A stretch of DNA of 32,000 nucleotides from Breznakia sp. PF5-3 (GTDB lineage: Bacteria; Bacillota_I; Bacilli_A; Erysipelotrichales; Erysipelotrichaceae). The stretch is from the NCBI RefSeq assembly GCF_029504745.1, contig NZ_JAQFIQ010000006.1:30001-62000 (forward strand), written 5' to 3'. Positions within the stretch are counted from its first letter, which is position 1. Each line of letters opens with the position of its first letter. Shown one piece after another: positions 1 to 9,770 of the stretch. The position numbers were made by a program, and so were the translations under genes. Under the pieces are notes generated by a model that saw nothing but the letters and a program-made list of their open reading frames with translations, searched no databases and had not been told where the DNA came from.

Positions 1-588
1 ATGATAATGAATCCAAGTATCTGCGTTTTTATTTGGTATACCTTTTATAAGCGCAAGATAGAATTTATCAAGCCTTCTTTCCTTAATCAATAAATTTATA
101 TTACGTAAACTTTCTGCGTTTTTTGCACCTATTACAAGTCCTTGTGTATTACGATCAATACGGTGTGCTAACGCAGGAGCAAAACTTTGTTCACTTTCAG
201 GGTTATACTCTCCCTTTTCGTGTAAATATTTCTTCATTCGATTGATAAGTGTATCAATATCTTCATTTTGATCACTGTGCACAAGTAGGCCTACAGGTTT
301 ATTCATAATTAAAATATTAGTATCTTCATAAATAACTTGAAGCTCACTTTTAGCTTTTAAAAAAGTCATATCTTTTTTTGTTTCAAAAAACTCTTCCGCA
401 ATATAACATGAAAATATATCCCCATTACATAATTTTTGTTCTGGCTTACAACGTTTTCCATTTACTTTTATTTTTTTATTTCTAATATATTTATACATTA
501 AACTTTTAGGCAATTTAGGTAGGGCTTTTTGAAGAAATTTATCAACTCTTTGATTTGCATCATTTTCATAAACATGAATCGTTTGCAT
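1..588 (-). CDS. RluA-family pseudouridine synthase, first 196 codons (3' end lies beyond the left edge)
   Basis: Absent from the ORF track because there is no stop in the window. Manual minus-strand translation from ATG at 588 gives MQTIHVYENDANQRVDKFLQKALPKLPKSLMYKYIRNKKIKVNGKR (S4-like), then ILIMNKPVGLLVH, then APALAHRIDRNTQGLVIGAKN (catalytic-Asp HRLDxxTxG-type motif). The frame is open to position 1. Confidence 0.8.
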   Translation of the reverse strand, partial: MQTIHVYENDANQRVDKFLQKALPKLPKSLMYKYIRNKKIKVNGKRCKPEQKLCNGDIFSCYIAEEFFETKKDMTFLKAKSELQVIYEDTNILIMNKPVGLLVHSDQNEDIDTLINRMKKYLHEKGEYNPESEQSFAPALAHRIDRNTQGLVIGAKNAESLRNINLLIKERRLDKFYLALIKGIPNKNADTWIHYH

Positions 589-592
589 TTTT

Positions 593-1096
593 TTACCATA
601 TAATCGCTACATACGCGATCCCTATAAGAATTCCTACCAATGACCCAAAAAATACATCTGTGAAATAATGTACTTTTAAATACATTCTTGATATTGCAAT
701 TAAACTTGCAATAATAAACGCAATGAATCCAAAGTTAGGATAAAAATATCCAATCACAATCGCACAAGCAAATCCATTGGCACTATGGCCTGAAGGAAAC
801 GAAGATCCATATGGATTATTAATATGAATCTTGATATCTGGATGGTCTTCAAAAGGCCGTTTTCTTCTAAAAATCGCTTTAATAAAACCATTATTTATAG
901 CATTTACCAATAACATTACCACCACTAAAGCAACAACCAATTTACGCTCACCACGCAAAAAAGCAGTTATACAATAAGCCAACCATATAAAACAAAAATC
1001 CCCCATATGGGTACAGAAAATCATAAATTTTTCCAAAATAGGGTTCGTTAATTTATCATTAATATAATATAATATCGTATCGTCTATTCGATTCAT
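593..1096 (-). CDS. PAP2-family membrane phosphatase (phosphatidic acid / undecaprenyl-PP phosphatase-like)
   Basis: The three PAP2 motifs are present: KAIFRRKRP, PSGHS, SRMYLKVHYFTDV. Several TM segments. Start moved to the ATG at 1096 (MNRIDD), which is preceded by GGAGGTGA. The track start at 1111 lacks an RBS. Confidence 0.8.
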   Translation of the reverse strand: MNRIDDTILYYINDKLTNPILEKFMIFCTHMGDFCFIWLAYCITAFLRGERKLVVALVVVMLLVNAINNGFIKAIFRRKRPFEDHPDIKIHINNPYGSSFPSGHSANGFACAIVIGYFYPNFGFIAFIIASLIAISRMYLKVHYFTDVFFGSLVGILIGIAYVAIIW

Positions 1097-1151
1097 CTCA
1101 TCACCTCCCATATTATATCTTATTAAAGAAAAAAAGGATAGTATTGATTTA

Positions 1152-2342
1152 CTATACCTCGTTCTCTATATATTGATATAATATTCTCCCCAAACGTGTT
1201 AAACCATCGACAATACGATCTTCTTGCATGTTGGAAAAATTTATTCGAAATGTATTTTCATTGCCACCATTTGGATAAAATGAACCACCTGGTACAAAGG
1301 CAATATTTTCCTTTAAACTTACTTTCAAAATTTCTCTAGCATCAATATATTCTGGCAATTCAACCCAAGCGAATAATCCGCCTTGTGGTCTTGTAAACTT
1401 AACTACCTTTGGAAATGATTTTTCCATTGTATGGACTGCTAAATCACGACGTTTTTTATAAACTTTACGTATCTTTTCAATATGTTTATCAATATCATAT
1501 TCTTCAAGATATTTAGCTATAGTAATCTGTGACATAGTATTACACTGCAAGTCGGAACCTTGTTTTACCAAAATGAATTGACGAATTAATTCTTTGTTTC
1601 CTGCTATCCAACCAATTCTATACCCAGGACAATATATTTTTGAAAAAGTACCAGTACACATAATATACCCTTTTTTATCAAAAGCGGATATAGAAGGTAA
1701 AAATTCTCCTTCAAAACGTAATTCACCATATGGATTATCTTCAATTACTGGAATTTCATATTGATTAGACAGTTCTGCTAATTTCTTTCTTCGCTCTAAG
1801 CTCCATGTTCTTCCAGAAGGATTTTGAAAATCTGGGATAACATAAATCAGCTTAACCTTTGTATTGCTTTTTAATATTTTCTCTAATTCATCCATATCCA
1901 TTCCATCATCATCACAACTAATCTCTTCAAATTTTGCCCCAAACATCTTAAATGCACTAATTGCGGCAAGATATGTAGGACTTTCACAAATCACAACATC
2001 TTCTTCATCTAAGAATACTTTCCCACCCAAATCCAATGCTTGCTGTGAACCATGAGTGATTAAAATCTCATCTTCATTAAAGTTTGTATCTAAACGTTTT
2101 TCCATCCGTTTGGCTATCCATGTACGAAGTGGTTGATATCCTTCTGTTGTGGTATATTGTAAAGCCTTTTGTCCATCTTCAACAAGAACTCTTTCATTTA
2201 TTTTCTTTATATCTTCAATAGGAAATAATTCTGGTGCTGGCAATCCTCCAGCAAATGATATAATTTCAGGATTTTCAGTTATTTTTAAAATTTCACGAAT
2301 CTCTGATGCTTTCATATTTTTCATTCGTTTAGCTAATTTCAT
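1152..2342 (-). CDS. PLP-dependent aminotransferase, class I/II fold (2-aminoadipate/aromatic aminotransferase-like)
   Basis: 396 aa. Contains MKASEIREILK...ISFAGGLP, FQNPSG, and TFSKIYCPGYRIGW (PLP-lysine region). GGAGG RBS 8 nt upstream of the ATG. Confidence 0.8.
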   Translation of the reverse strand: MKLAKRMKNMKASEIREILKITENPEIISFAGGLPAPELFPIEDIKKINERVLVEDGQKALQYTTTEGYQPLRTWIAKRMEKRLDTNFNEDEILITHGSQQALDLGGKVFLDEEDVVICESPTYLAAISAFKMFGAKFEEISCDDDGMDMDELEKILKSNTKVKLIYVIPDFQNPSGRTWSLERRKKLAELSNQYEIPVIEDNPYGELRFEGEFLPSISAFDKKGYIMCTGTFSKIYCPGYRIGWIAGNKELIRQFILVKQGSDLQCNTMSQITIAKYLEEYDIDKHIEKIRKVYKKRRDLAVHTMEKSFPKVVKFTRPQGGLFAWVELPEYIDAREILKVSLKENIAFVPGGSFYPNGGNENTFRINFSNMQEDRIVDGLTRLGRILYQYIENEV

Positions 2343-2422
2343 AAAACACCTCCTGATGATTTTCTATGATTATATCATTTGTATTATATTATTTCCACAA
2401 CAAAAAAAAAAGAGGTAACCCC

Positions 2423-2881
2423 CTATTTTATGCGTATATTTTTGTATTCCTTGGCTTTTGATCCTTCCAAGATATCTTCAATCTTTTCTACAATCAACCA
2501 ATCATCCATATTTTTTTGACGATCATATTGCATTGGTTCAATCTTCTCTACATCCCGCACTTCAACTAGACAAATAATCTTCTTTCCATACCATCGTTTC
2601 TTTTGAGCATCACTCAATTGTAATTGCTCTTGATTCTTTTCAAGCAAATGAATCGACTCATCAGCACTCATTTTCTCTGAATTAAAAACATGACTTACAA
2701 CCCCTCTGGCACGAATTGTTCCACTCCCATCATTCTCTACAAAATATAAAATTTCACCTGCAAATACCCTACTATGTGGAAGCTTACGTCCTGCTGCACC
2801 ACGAACAATCATTGTCTTTTTTTTGTTTAATAAATTTTCTAATACATTGCTTTTCTTATCTGTATATACTAAATGTTCCAT
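2423..2881 (-). CDS. Hypothetical protein, possibly ASCH/PUA-like fold
   Basis: Start set at ATG 2881 (MEHLVY) behind an AAGGAGA RBS. The pattern KKKTMIVRGAAGRK...AGEILYFVENDGSGTIRARGVV resembles ASCH-domain beta-barrels. The assignment is weak. Confidence 0.3.
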   Translation of the reverse strand: MEHLVYTDKKSNVLENLLNKKKTMIVRGAAGRKLPHSRVFAGEILYFVENDGSGTIRARGVVSHVFNSEKMSADESIHLLEKNQEQLQLSDAQKKRWYGKKIICLVEVRDVEKIEPMQYDRQKNMDDWLIVEKIEDILEGSKAKEYKNIRIK

Positions 2882-2930
2882 CTTGTTCTCCTTGTATAGT
2901 AACACTATAAACCCTACAGTAACTGTAAGG

Positions 2931-3725
2931 TCAAGAAGAAATTGGAATTGTTAATAATGTTACAAATAAATCTTCATCTTTTCCCGAAACTGGATCAATA
3001 ATATATTCCTCACATCCTGGACCAATCATTTTAAATCCATTTGTTTTACACCAATCTAACATTTTAGCATATGTATTATTCATATTATGATATGCACCAT
3101 AATGATATGCACAAACAACTAAGAAATCCCCCCACTTGCGAACATGTTCATGTTCTATGTCTTCTGCAACTCTTACACACACTTCAATATCAGCATTCAT
3201 AGGGTTATAGGATTTATAATGATCATGATAAATTGCCATTACATTTCCACACATTGTCAAATTATGATCTTCACTTAATTTTCGTAATCTTGTAAACCGT
3301 AAATAAAACGCTTCTGGAGTTGATTCACTTCGATATCGCTCAAACAAAAGATTGGTAGATGGAATACGTTTCACAAATACATCCTCGCTTCTATTATCGC
3401 TCAATGTCGTCCACTGTTGTAAAAGCTCATGATGTAATCTTAGGTGCATCATCTTTTCTGTTACTGCTTTTTCTTTTTCTACTAACAAGGGCTCATTTTC
3501 CAAAGTATCCACATTCATCAAATATTTTATCTCTTCAATTGAAAACTCTAGCCTCCGAAACAGTTTAATTTTATTTACGATTAAAAGATGATTTTCATCA
3601 TAGTATCGATAACGATTTTCTTCTGCTACAATTGGTTTCAATATCCCTATATCATCATAATAATGTAATGTTCGTACCGATAAATTACATAACTTAGAAA
3701 ATTCCCCAATTTGATAATATTTCAT
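2931..3725 (-). CDS. MerR-family transcriptional regulator with GyrI-like effector-binding C-terminal domain (BmrR-like)
   Basis: N-terminal MerR HTH YQIGEFSKLCNLSVRTLHYYDDIGILKP, a coiled-coil linker, and a ~150 aa C-terminal domain typical of GyrI-like ligand binders. Confidence 0.8.
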   Translation of the reverse strand: MKYYQIGEFSKLCNLSVRTLHYYDDIGILKPIVAEENRYRYYDENHLLIVNKIKLFRRLEFSIEEIKYLMNVDTLENEPLLVEKEKAVTEKMMHLRLHHELLQQWTTLSDNRSEDVFVKRIPSTNLLFERYRSESTPEAFYLRFTRLRKLSEDHNLTMCGNVMAIYHDHYKSYNPMNADIEVCVRVAEDIEHEHVRKWGDFLVVCAYHYGAYHNMNNTYAKMLDWCKTNGFKMIGPGCEEYIIDPVSGKDEDLFVTLLTIPISS

Positions 3726-3759
3726 TTCCCATTACCTTTCCTATTTATTTTATCAAATA

Positions 3760-3793
3760 CCAAAAGAAAAAGCATTATAAAATTATAATGCTT
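3760..3793 (-). terminator. Hairpin plus U-tract at the stop codon of the NmrA-like gene
   Basis: Minus strand reads AGCATTAT-AATTTT-ATAATGCT followed by TTTTCTTTTGG. Confidence 0.45.
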
Positions 3794-4643
3794 ACATCCG
3801 TTTTTTCAAATACTCCTTAAAGCTTGTTGGTTTACGATTCAATAACCAAGTTAACACATTAGCATTCCCATCAATTCCATATTTACTATATGTATTAGAT
3901 AATTCAATAAATGCATCGCGTGAATAAACATTTTCTAAATGAATACTATCCATAAAATCAACAATATCAATTTTTTCTGCGATTGCTTGTTCACCATATA
4001 CTTCATTAAACTCACAAACCAATCCTTTTGGTGATAATACATCATTTCCCACCAATTCATAAGTTGCTTTGTTATGAATTTCAGGATGTTTTAAAACATT
4101 TGCAGTTACCTCTCCTACATCATCGCTATCAACATAAGCAAGGGGTGTATCTATATCATAAAAAATAGAGTAACGCTTCGTTTCTTTTACAAGCATTGGA
4201 TTAAAATTATGCATATAATGCATAGGTTGTAGAATTGTATAATTCAATCCATCACTTAATCCTTTATATATTAAATATTCTTCAATGTCTCTTTTTGCTG
4301 TATGTTGTAATAAGGTTGACATAATTGAATGTGTTACTGACATCAACACAAATTGCGAAACCTTTAAACGAACCGCTTCATCAATCATCGCTTTTCCTAT
4401 ATAATATTCCTCTGCTTTAAACAATGGAGGAATAAAGACAATTTGAGAAGCTCCTTCAATTGCCAAGCGAATTGTTGATATATTAGTTAAATCACCAACT
4501 ACAACTTCTTTAACTCCAAGTTCATCTTTCAAATTCTCCACTTCTGGATTAATGTCAGTAGCTCTAACATCTAACCCTGCACTTACCAATTGTTTAACAA
4601 TACTTCGTCCTGTGTTTCCATTTGCACTTGTTACTAAAATCAT
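3792..4643 (-). CDS. NmrA-family NAD(P)-binding protein (atypical SDR)
   Basis: N-terminal Rossmann motif ILVTSANGNTGRSIV, 283 aa. AAGGAGG RBS. Confidence 0.75.
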   Translation of the reverse strand: MILVTSANGNTGRSIVKQLVSAGLDVRATDINPEVENLKDELGVKEVVVGDLTNISTIRLAIEGASQIVFIPPLFKAEEYYIGKAMIDEAVRLKVSQFVLMSVTHSIMSTLLQHTAKRDIEEYLIYKGLSDGLNYTILQPMHYMHNFNPMLVKETKRYSIFYDIDTPLAYVDSDDVGEVTANVLKHPEIHNKATYELVGNDVLSPKGLVCEFNEVYGEQAIAEKIDIVDFMDSIHLENVYSRDAFIELSNTYSKYGIDGNANVLTWLLNRKPTSFKEYLKKRM

Positions 4644-4670
4644 TTTATATTTCCTCCTTTTATTAGTTTC

Positions 4671-4699
4671 ATTATAATAAAATATAGGTATGTTTACAA
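4671..4699 (-). promoter_or_regulatory. Sigma-A type promoter for the NmrA-like/MerR unit
   Basis: Minus strand reads TTGTAA, 17 nt spacer, TATAAT. Located ~30 nt upstream of the RBS. Confidence 0.5.
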
Positions 4700-4715
4700 T
4701 GATTAAGCAAATGAA

Positions 4716-4743
4716 TTGAATCTCTATTAAGATATGCTATCAT
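4716..4743 (+). promoter_or_regulatory. Candidate promoter for dps
   Basis: TTGAAT, 16 nt spacer, TATCAT. Located ~40 nt upstream of the dps RBS. Confidence 0.35.
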
Positions 4744-4785
4744 ATAAATAGTTAGATTAAGCTAACATATTAGGAGGAAAGAAGA

Positions 4786-5217
4786 ATGGAAAACAGTTTA
4801 AACAAATATTTATCAGATTTAGTAGTTGAATATCATAAACTACAAAACTTTCATTGGTATGTGAAAGGAAAAGATTTTTTTACAGCGCATGAAAAACTAG
4901 AAGAATTATATGATTACATCAATGAAACAATTGATGAAGTTGGTGAATTAATTCTTATGATTGATGGCAAACCAAAGGCTTCTTTAGAAGATTTCTTAAA
5001 GTTATCTAGTATTAAGGAGGCGCCTGCTCAACATATCGCTTCAAAAGATATATATAAAGAGGTTTTAAATGATTTCGAACATTTATTAAAGACATCAAAA
5101 GAAATCAAACGTGATGCAGAAGTAAAAGAATTGGATGTTGTTGCAATTCAAATGGATGATTACATAAAAGAATTTACAAAATCTATTTGGATGATCAAGC
5201 AAGTAGTAGAAGCATAA
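4786..5217 (+). CDS. dps: Dps-family DNA-protection/ferroxidase protein
   Basis: 143 aa. Contains LQNFHWYVKGKDFFTAHEKLEELYD (ferroxidase-centre His/Asp/Glu region). AGGAGG RBS. Confidence 0.9.
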   Translation: MENSLNKYLSDLVVEYHKLQNFHWYVKGKDFFTAHEKLEELYDYINETIDEVGELILMIDGKPKASLEDFLKLSSIKEAPAQHIASKDIYKEVLNDFEHLLKTSKEIKRDAEVKELDVVAIQMDDYIKEFTKSIWMIKQVVEA

Positions 5218-5235
5218 TAGATGTTTAGAAAATTA

Positions 5236-5279
5236 AAGGATGTAATTTCTGTAAGATACAGTAGTTACATCCTTTTTTT
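5236..5279 (+). terminator. Rho-independent terminator after dps
   Basis: AAGGATGTAA pairs with TTACATCCTT (10 bp stem), followed by a T-run. Confidence 0.75.
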
Positions 5280-5320
5280 ATCAACATCATAAAGCAATCC
5301 TTTGGATCACTTTATGATTA

Positions 5321-6247
5321 CTACTTTTGTTTTTTCAACGCTTCACTACCCTTAGTAATAAGTAATGGTTTTACTAGCCACTCCACATTGTCCCAATGTT
5401 CTTCTTTTGTAAGAATTTCAAATCCACTCTTGAAGAACGCAAGAAGGGCAGCTTCTGGATCTTCGTAATTCATCACATCTCTTAGAGTTATAAAATACTC
5501 ACTTTTTTCTTTACTATAAAATGCTTTATCTGGTTTGATATTTGTATTCGATAAATCTTTTGTTACAAATGGGTATGGTAATATAAAGAAACTTGGTTCA
5601 TCTATTGTATCATCACCTGGCCAAAAACCAAATTCAATCATCTGCTCATCAAAAGCCGTCTTTTCAATTACTCCATTACCTGGAAAAGGTGCCTCTTTAC
5701 CACTAAATAACACAGCAGAGATATCAAATGTTCCCCAGAAAAATGATGGTAAGATTTTCTTGCCTCGATATGCAGATACAAATTTCAATAATGCATTATG
5801 TGCAAATGTTGACATTTGAAAAAACGTCAATGCACATTGCGTATCGTACTCTCTTTTCACTTTATCATCTTCAAATGGTGTTCGAGTATTCATTTCCATT
5901 GGAACTGTACATATTTCCGTCTCACACATTACATCATTAAGCATGCGATTAAATAATGCATAATATTCACTGATTGATTTTCCAGTTTCGAAAGAAAACC
6001 CACTTGTTCGCCCATCGATACCACTGGCTACTACTTTCCCTTCTTTGATCATTAATGAGATGGAAAAACTCTTTTCACCATTCGGGATTAACCCCGTTGT
6101 AAATCCATCCGCATTTAATTGTAAAAGCGTATGATTCCATTCTGGTTGTGGTTCCATTCTCGTTAATTTTGCTTTCCCTAACATCTGACTTATCAAATGT
6201 AAGGTAAGCGCTGTATCTTTCCATTCACTATACTTTAACACATTCAT
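5321..6247 (-). CDS. DUF5996-family protein (function unknown)
   Basis: 308 aa. The N-terminus W.DT..TLHLISQMLGKAKL...PQPEWNH matches my recollection of the DUF5996 signature. No catalytic motif recognised. Confidence 0.5.
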   Translation of the reverse strand: MNVLKYSEWKDTALTLHLISQMLGKAKLTRMEPQPEWNHTLLQLNADGFTTGLIPNGEKSFSISLMIKEGKVVASGIDGRTSGFSFETGKSISEYYALFNRMLNDVMCETEICTVPMEMNTRTPFEDDKVKREYDTQCALTFFQMSTFAHNALLKFVSAYRGKKILPSFFWGTFDISAVLFSGKEAPFPGNGVIEKTAFDEQMIEFGFWPGDDTIDEPSFFILPYPFVTKDLSNTNIKPDKAFYSKEKSEYFITLRDVMNYEDPEAALLAFFKSGFEILTKEEHWDNVEWLVKPLLITKGSEALKKQK

Positions 6248-6336
6248 TTCAACATCTCCTTTTCAATAAATATCCTATTAGTGATATTATATCATTTCGG
6301 ATTCTATATGTAGATTAGAATGCATAAGATATTCAT

Positions 6337-7260
6337 TTATTTGCTTTTTATCCGTTGAATAATCAAAGGCAAAAATATCGCTGACAATAAAATACCTATG
6401 GATACTTGAGCTATCACTTCATCAACATACGGAGCGTATGCTTTATTTGCTGATGCTATGAGCAAAGGTGCAGATAGTGAAACTCCTCCTACACTACAAA
6501 TTGCAGTTGCCATAATTCCCTTTTGATGCAAGAGTTTAGTATCTATTAAATATAAAGGTATCCAGTTTACTATCATATAGACAATAAACAATATGATTCC
6601 TGACAGACTTGAATGTAATACAACATCTAAATGTATAGAACTTCCCAAACAGGCGCCTAAAAAAGGAAGTAAAACTTTATTCATACTTTTGGTAGCTACC
6701 CTAGATTGAGGAAATAGCTTTCCTATTACTAATCCAACAATCAAAGGTATAATGGTTGCTAGTATCATCTGATAATCAAACGATGCAGAACTATCCAAAC
6801 CCATAATCATTAATGGAAAAACAGGCAATACCATGACACTTAATAAAGCGAAATTTGCTTTATCTACATCATCACCATACTCTTCTGCAATTGCCATATA
6901 AACTCCAGGATTATAACTAGTAATAGCTACAACAAACGCTAATACAGAAATACCTAAGATACTATCTTTTACTAAAAAAATTACAATTGTAGATAGAATA
7001 ACATTTATCAAAAATCGCACAACAACTAAGATACCTCCACGTTTCATAGCCTTTATAAAAAGGGGAAGCTTCATCTGAATTCCTGTAACGACTAACATAA
7101 TACCAATAATTGTCATTGTCCCTGTACTTGAAAACACTGCAGTTGTTGGATTACCAATATCTAAAATATCTGTATAACTATTTAAAACTGCTGTTATCAG
7201 CATTGGAATCAATAATATCGCCCCAGGCATTTTCATTATTTTTTCTATTATTTTTCGCAT
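6337..7260 (-). CDS. kdgT: 2-keto-3-deoxygluconate permease family transporter
   Basis: 307 aa polytopic membrane protein. The N-terminus IEKIMKMPGAILLIPMLITAVLNS and the overall layout resemble KdgT (PF03812). Confidence 0.65.
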   Translation of the reverse strand: MRKIIEKIMKMPGAILLIPMLITAVLNSYTDILDIGNPTTAVFSSTGTMTIIGIMLVVTGIQMKLPLFIKAMKRGGILVVVRFLINVILSTIVIFLVKDSILGISVLAFVVAITSYNPGVYMAIAEEYGDDVDKANFALLSVMVLPVFPLMIMGLDSSASFDYQMILATIIPLIVGLVIGKLFPQSRVATKSMNKVLLPFLGACLGSSIHLDVVLHSSLSGIILFIVYMIVNWIPLYLIDTKLLHQKGIMATAICSVGGVSLSAPLLIASANKAYAPYVDEVIAQVSIGILLSAIFLPLIIQRIKSK

Positions 7261-7357
7261 ATCATCCTCACCATATCAACTATAACAATGATATAAGTAG
7301 AGGTATACTACCTTGCTCTTGCCATCACCAAAAATCGGCATTGTCGAAAAAAGGATA

Positions 7358-8605
7358 TTATAATACCCTTTTATACTGTTTATATTTTTGAAAAATAGAC
7401 ATTGGTGCGAAAAGCTTCAATGCAATCCCAGATCCATGATACTCCATATCTACTACTTTATACTGTTCATTCAAATAAGAAACTACATCTCCCATTGCAT
7501 ATGGAAACAAAAACTCTCCTATTTGATAATCAGCGAACAACGCTTCACGAAGAGCCTTTCTAAGTAGCTCAAGCCCTCTTTCTTGAAGTGAAGACACATA
7601 TACCTTATGATCTCCTGCACTTGCTTCTACTCCTTGTAAATCAATCTTATTATACACTTCAATTATTGGAATATCTTCAATTCCAATTTCTTTCAATGTT
7701 CTTATAGCAATATTCTTTTGTTCTTGGTAATAAGGATTGTTTAAATCAATAACATGCAACAAAACATCTGCTTCCTTTACTTCTTCTAAGGTAGAGCGAA
7801 ATGCTTGTATAAGATAATGTGGAAGTTTATCAACAAACCCAACTGTATCTGTAAGTAAACATTCTTCTTGATCTGATAGTTTCACTTTTCTAACTCGTGT
7901 TTCTAATGTCGCAAAAAGGATATCTTCAGCAAAAACCATTTTCTCATCATCTGCCACAAGCGCATTCATTAACGTTGACTTCCCTGCATTGGTATACCCA
8001 ACCAATGCTACCGTTTTTATCCCTGTTTGTTTACGTTTTTCCCGTTGTGTCTTTCGCTCTTGAACCATCTTTTTTAGTTCTTGTCTCTTCTTATGAATTT
8101 TCGCTTCCAACTGTCGTCGATCCAATTCCAGCTTCGTTTCTCCGCCTCCACGATTATAAAACCCAGCACTTCCCCCTTGCCTATTTAAATTCTCATAAGT
8201 CCCTACTAACCTTGGCAATTGATACTGAAGCATACTGATTTCTACTTGTAACTTCGCTTCTTTTGTTTGGGCACGACGAGCAAAAATATCTAAGATTAAC
8301 ATCGTACGATCCATAACCACACAAGGAATTATCTCATCTATGTTACGTAGCTGTGATGGCGATAATTCATCATTAAAAATAACAACATCGATATCCTCTG
8401 CCGCTTCTGCAATTTCTTCTAATTTTCCTTTTCCTACATAATAATGCTTTTGCATGCTTTCTAGTTTTTGAACAATTTGTTTGATTGGTTCAAACCCACA
8501 TGCATAAGCAAGATTTTCTAACTCTTCCATACTATATTCAAATGCTTTATCTTGAGGTGTTTCTACACCTACAAGGAGCACTTTTTCATTTTCAACTTCA
8601 CTCAT
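7358..8605 (-). CDS. hflX: GTPase HflX
   Basis: 415 aa. HflX N-domain (LDIFARRAQTKEAKLQVEISMLQYQLPRL, GGGETKLELDRR). G1 motif GYTNAGKST and G3 motif DTVGF. Confidence 0.92.
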   Translation of the reverse strand: MSEVENEKVLLVGVETPQDKAFEYSMEELENLAYACGFEPIKQIVQKLESMQKHYYVGKGKLEEIAEAAEDIDVVIFNDELSPSQLRNIDEIIPCVVMDRTMLILDIFARRAQTKEAKLQVEISMLQYQLPRLVGTYENLNRQGGSAGFYNRGGGETKLELDRRQLEAKIHKKRQELKKMVQERKTQREKRKQTGIKTVALVGYTNAGKSTLMNALVADDEKMVFAEDILFATLETRVRKVKLSDQEECLLTDTVGFVDKLPHYLIQAFRSTLEEVKEADVLLHVIDLNNPYYQEQKNIAIRTLKEIGIEDIPIIEVYNKIDLQGVEASAGDHKVYVSSLQERGLELLRKALREALFADYQIGEFLFPYAMGDVVSYLNEQYKVVDMEYHGSGIALKLFAPMSIFQKYKQYKRVL

Positions 8606-8832
8606 AAATACCTCCTATTTTCACGTCAAAAGTATAGGTACATATTACCTAAACAAATAAAAATAGTGAGACACCTTCAATTTTAAAATACAAAAAAAGA
8701 ATCTATCCTATTTATTTAATATATAAATGTACCTCATTATAATTTTCTATTTCTGATTCTTATATAATAGCGCATTTTAAAACCCCCAATCGCATTCACC
8801 TTACCATATGTCCATATAAAATACAACTATCA

Positions 8833-9654
8833 CTATTCTTTAATCTTTATTGATATCTTTAAAATATATTCCTCTGGTATTCGCGTTGAAATCTCATTTA
8901 ATAAATAATCCTCATATGCTTCTTTTTCTAATGTGTAGTTATGTTCTTTCGCATATTGAAACATTTTATTATAAAATTCTTGTCTAATCATATAATCACC
9001 ATATAAGTAACCTACAAGATACTTTCCTTTAGGTTTATATGTATTTGATTTTGGGATTCGATAATATAGTTGCATAGTTTCCTCTGTCCCATATGCTTTA
9101 TATCTCTCATAATTCACTACAATTCCCCAAGGAAATGCACATTCAAACCCTTCATCACTTGCATATTGATAAAAGCGTGAAACCATTTTAGACAAAGAAA
9201 TTTTCACACCATCCTCCAATCGCAAATCCGGACTCAAAAAAATAGGTTCCTTTTCATGATATTCAACTTGTATTGTTCCTACTTTTACCTTCTCTGCTTC
9301 CTTGGCCATCTCCATTTGCATATCCATCATATCTTTAATTTGCGTTAACTTGTCTATTTCTTCTTCAATTGTTTTTTTCTGTTTTGTAAATAAAGCAATC
9401 ATTTTTTCTGGCGTTCTACTATCCGTGAATTTTTTTATCTCTTTTAATGGCATTCCAATTTCTTTTAATGTCCATATCATATTCATTGTATATAACTGGC
9501 GATAGTAATAATAACGATAACCATTATCTAATACAATTTCAGGAGAAAAAACACCAATTGAATCATAATAGATTAAATTTTTCCTACTGATTCCTGATGC
9601 TCTAGCAAATTGTCCAATTGATAAATACACTTCTTTGTCTAATTTTCTTTCCAT
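8833..9654 (-). CDS. MerR-family transcriptional regulator with GyrI-like effector domain
   Basis: HTH LSIGQFARASGISRKNLIYYDSIGVFSP. Start moved to ATG 9654 (MERKLD) behind an AAGAGG RBS. The 15 upstream codons in the track have no RBS. Confidence 0.8.
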   Translation of the reverse strand: MERKLDKEVYLSIGQFARASGISRKNLIYYDSIGVFSPEIVLDNGYRYYYYRQLYTMNMIWTLKEIGMPLKEIKKFTDSRTPEKMIALFTKQKKTIEEEIDKLTQIKDMMDMQMEMAKEAEKVKVGTIQVEYHEKEPIFLSPDLRLEDGVKISLSKMVSRFYQYASDEGFECAFPWGIVVNYERYKAYGTEETMQLYYRIPKSNTYKPKGKYLVGYLYGDYMIRQEFYNKMFQYAKEHNYTLEKEAYEDYLLNEISTRIPEEYILKISIKIKE

Positions 9655-9688
9655 ATAATACCTCTTTTTCATTTTATTAAGATTAGGA

Positions 9689-9719
9689 TTGACTGTCAAG
9701 TCGCTATACAGTTTAGAAT
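9689..9719 (+). promoter_or_regulatory. MerR-type promoter with 19-bp spacer and internal dyad
   Basis: TTGACT (9689-9694), a 19 nt spacer containing ACTGT-N11-ACAGT, then TAGAAT (9714-9719). It faces the PRD-like gene and is divergent from the MerR gene. Confidence 0.6.
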
Positions 9720-9770
9720 AATAGTATAAAGAATTAACATATTTCTATAGTTTTGAAAGGAGGCCTTCTT

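Noticed and set aside
4660-4715. Possible PerR/Fur box upstream of dps (TCATTATAATAAAATA)
   Set aside because: Only a partial match to the TTATAATNATTATAA type consensus, in a very AT-rich region. It coincides with the -10 of the divergent promoter. Not supportable by eye.
9753-9770. TTG start at 9753 for the PRD-like gene
   Set aside because: These bases are themselves the GAAAGGAGG ribosome-binding site for the ATG at 9771.
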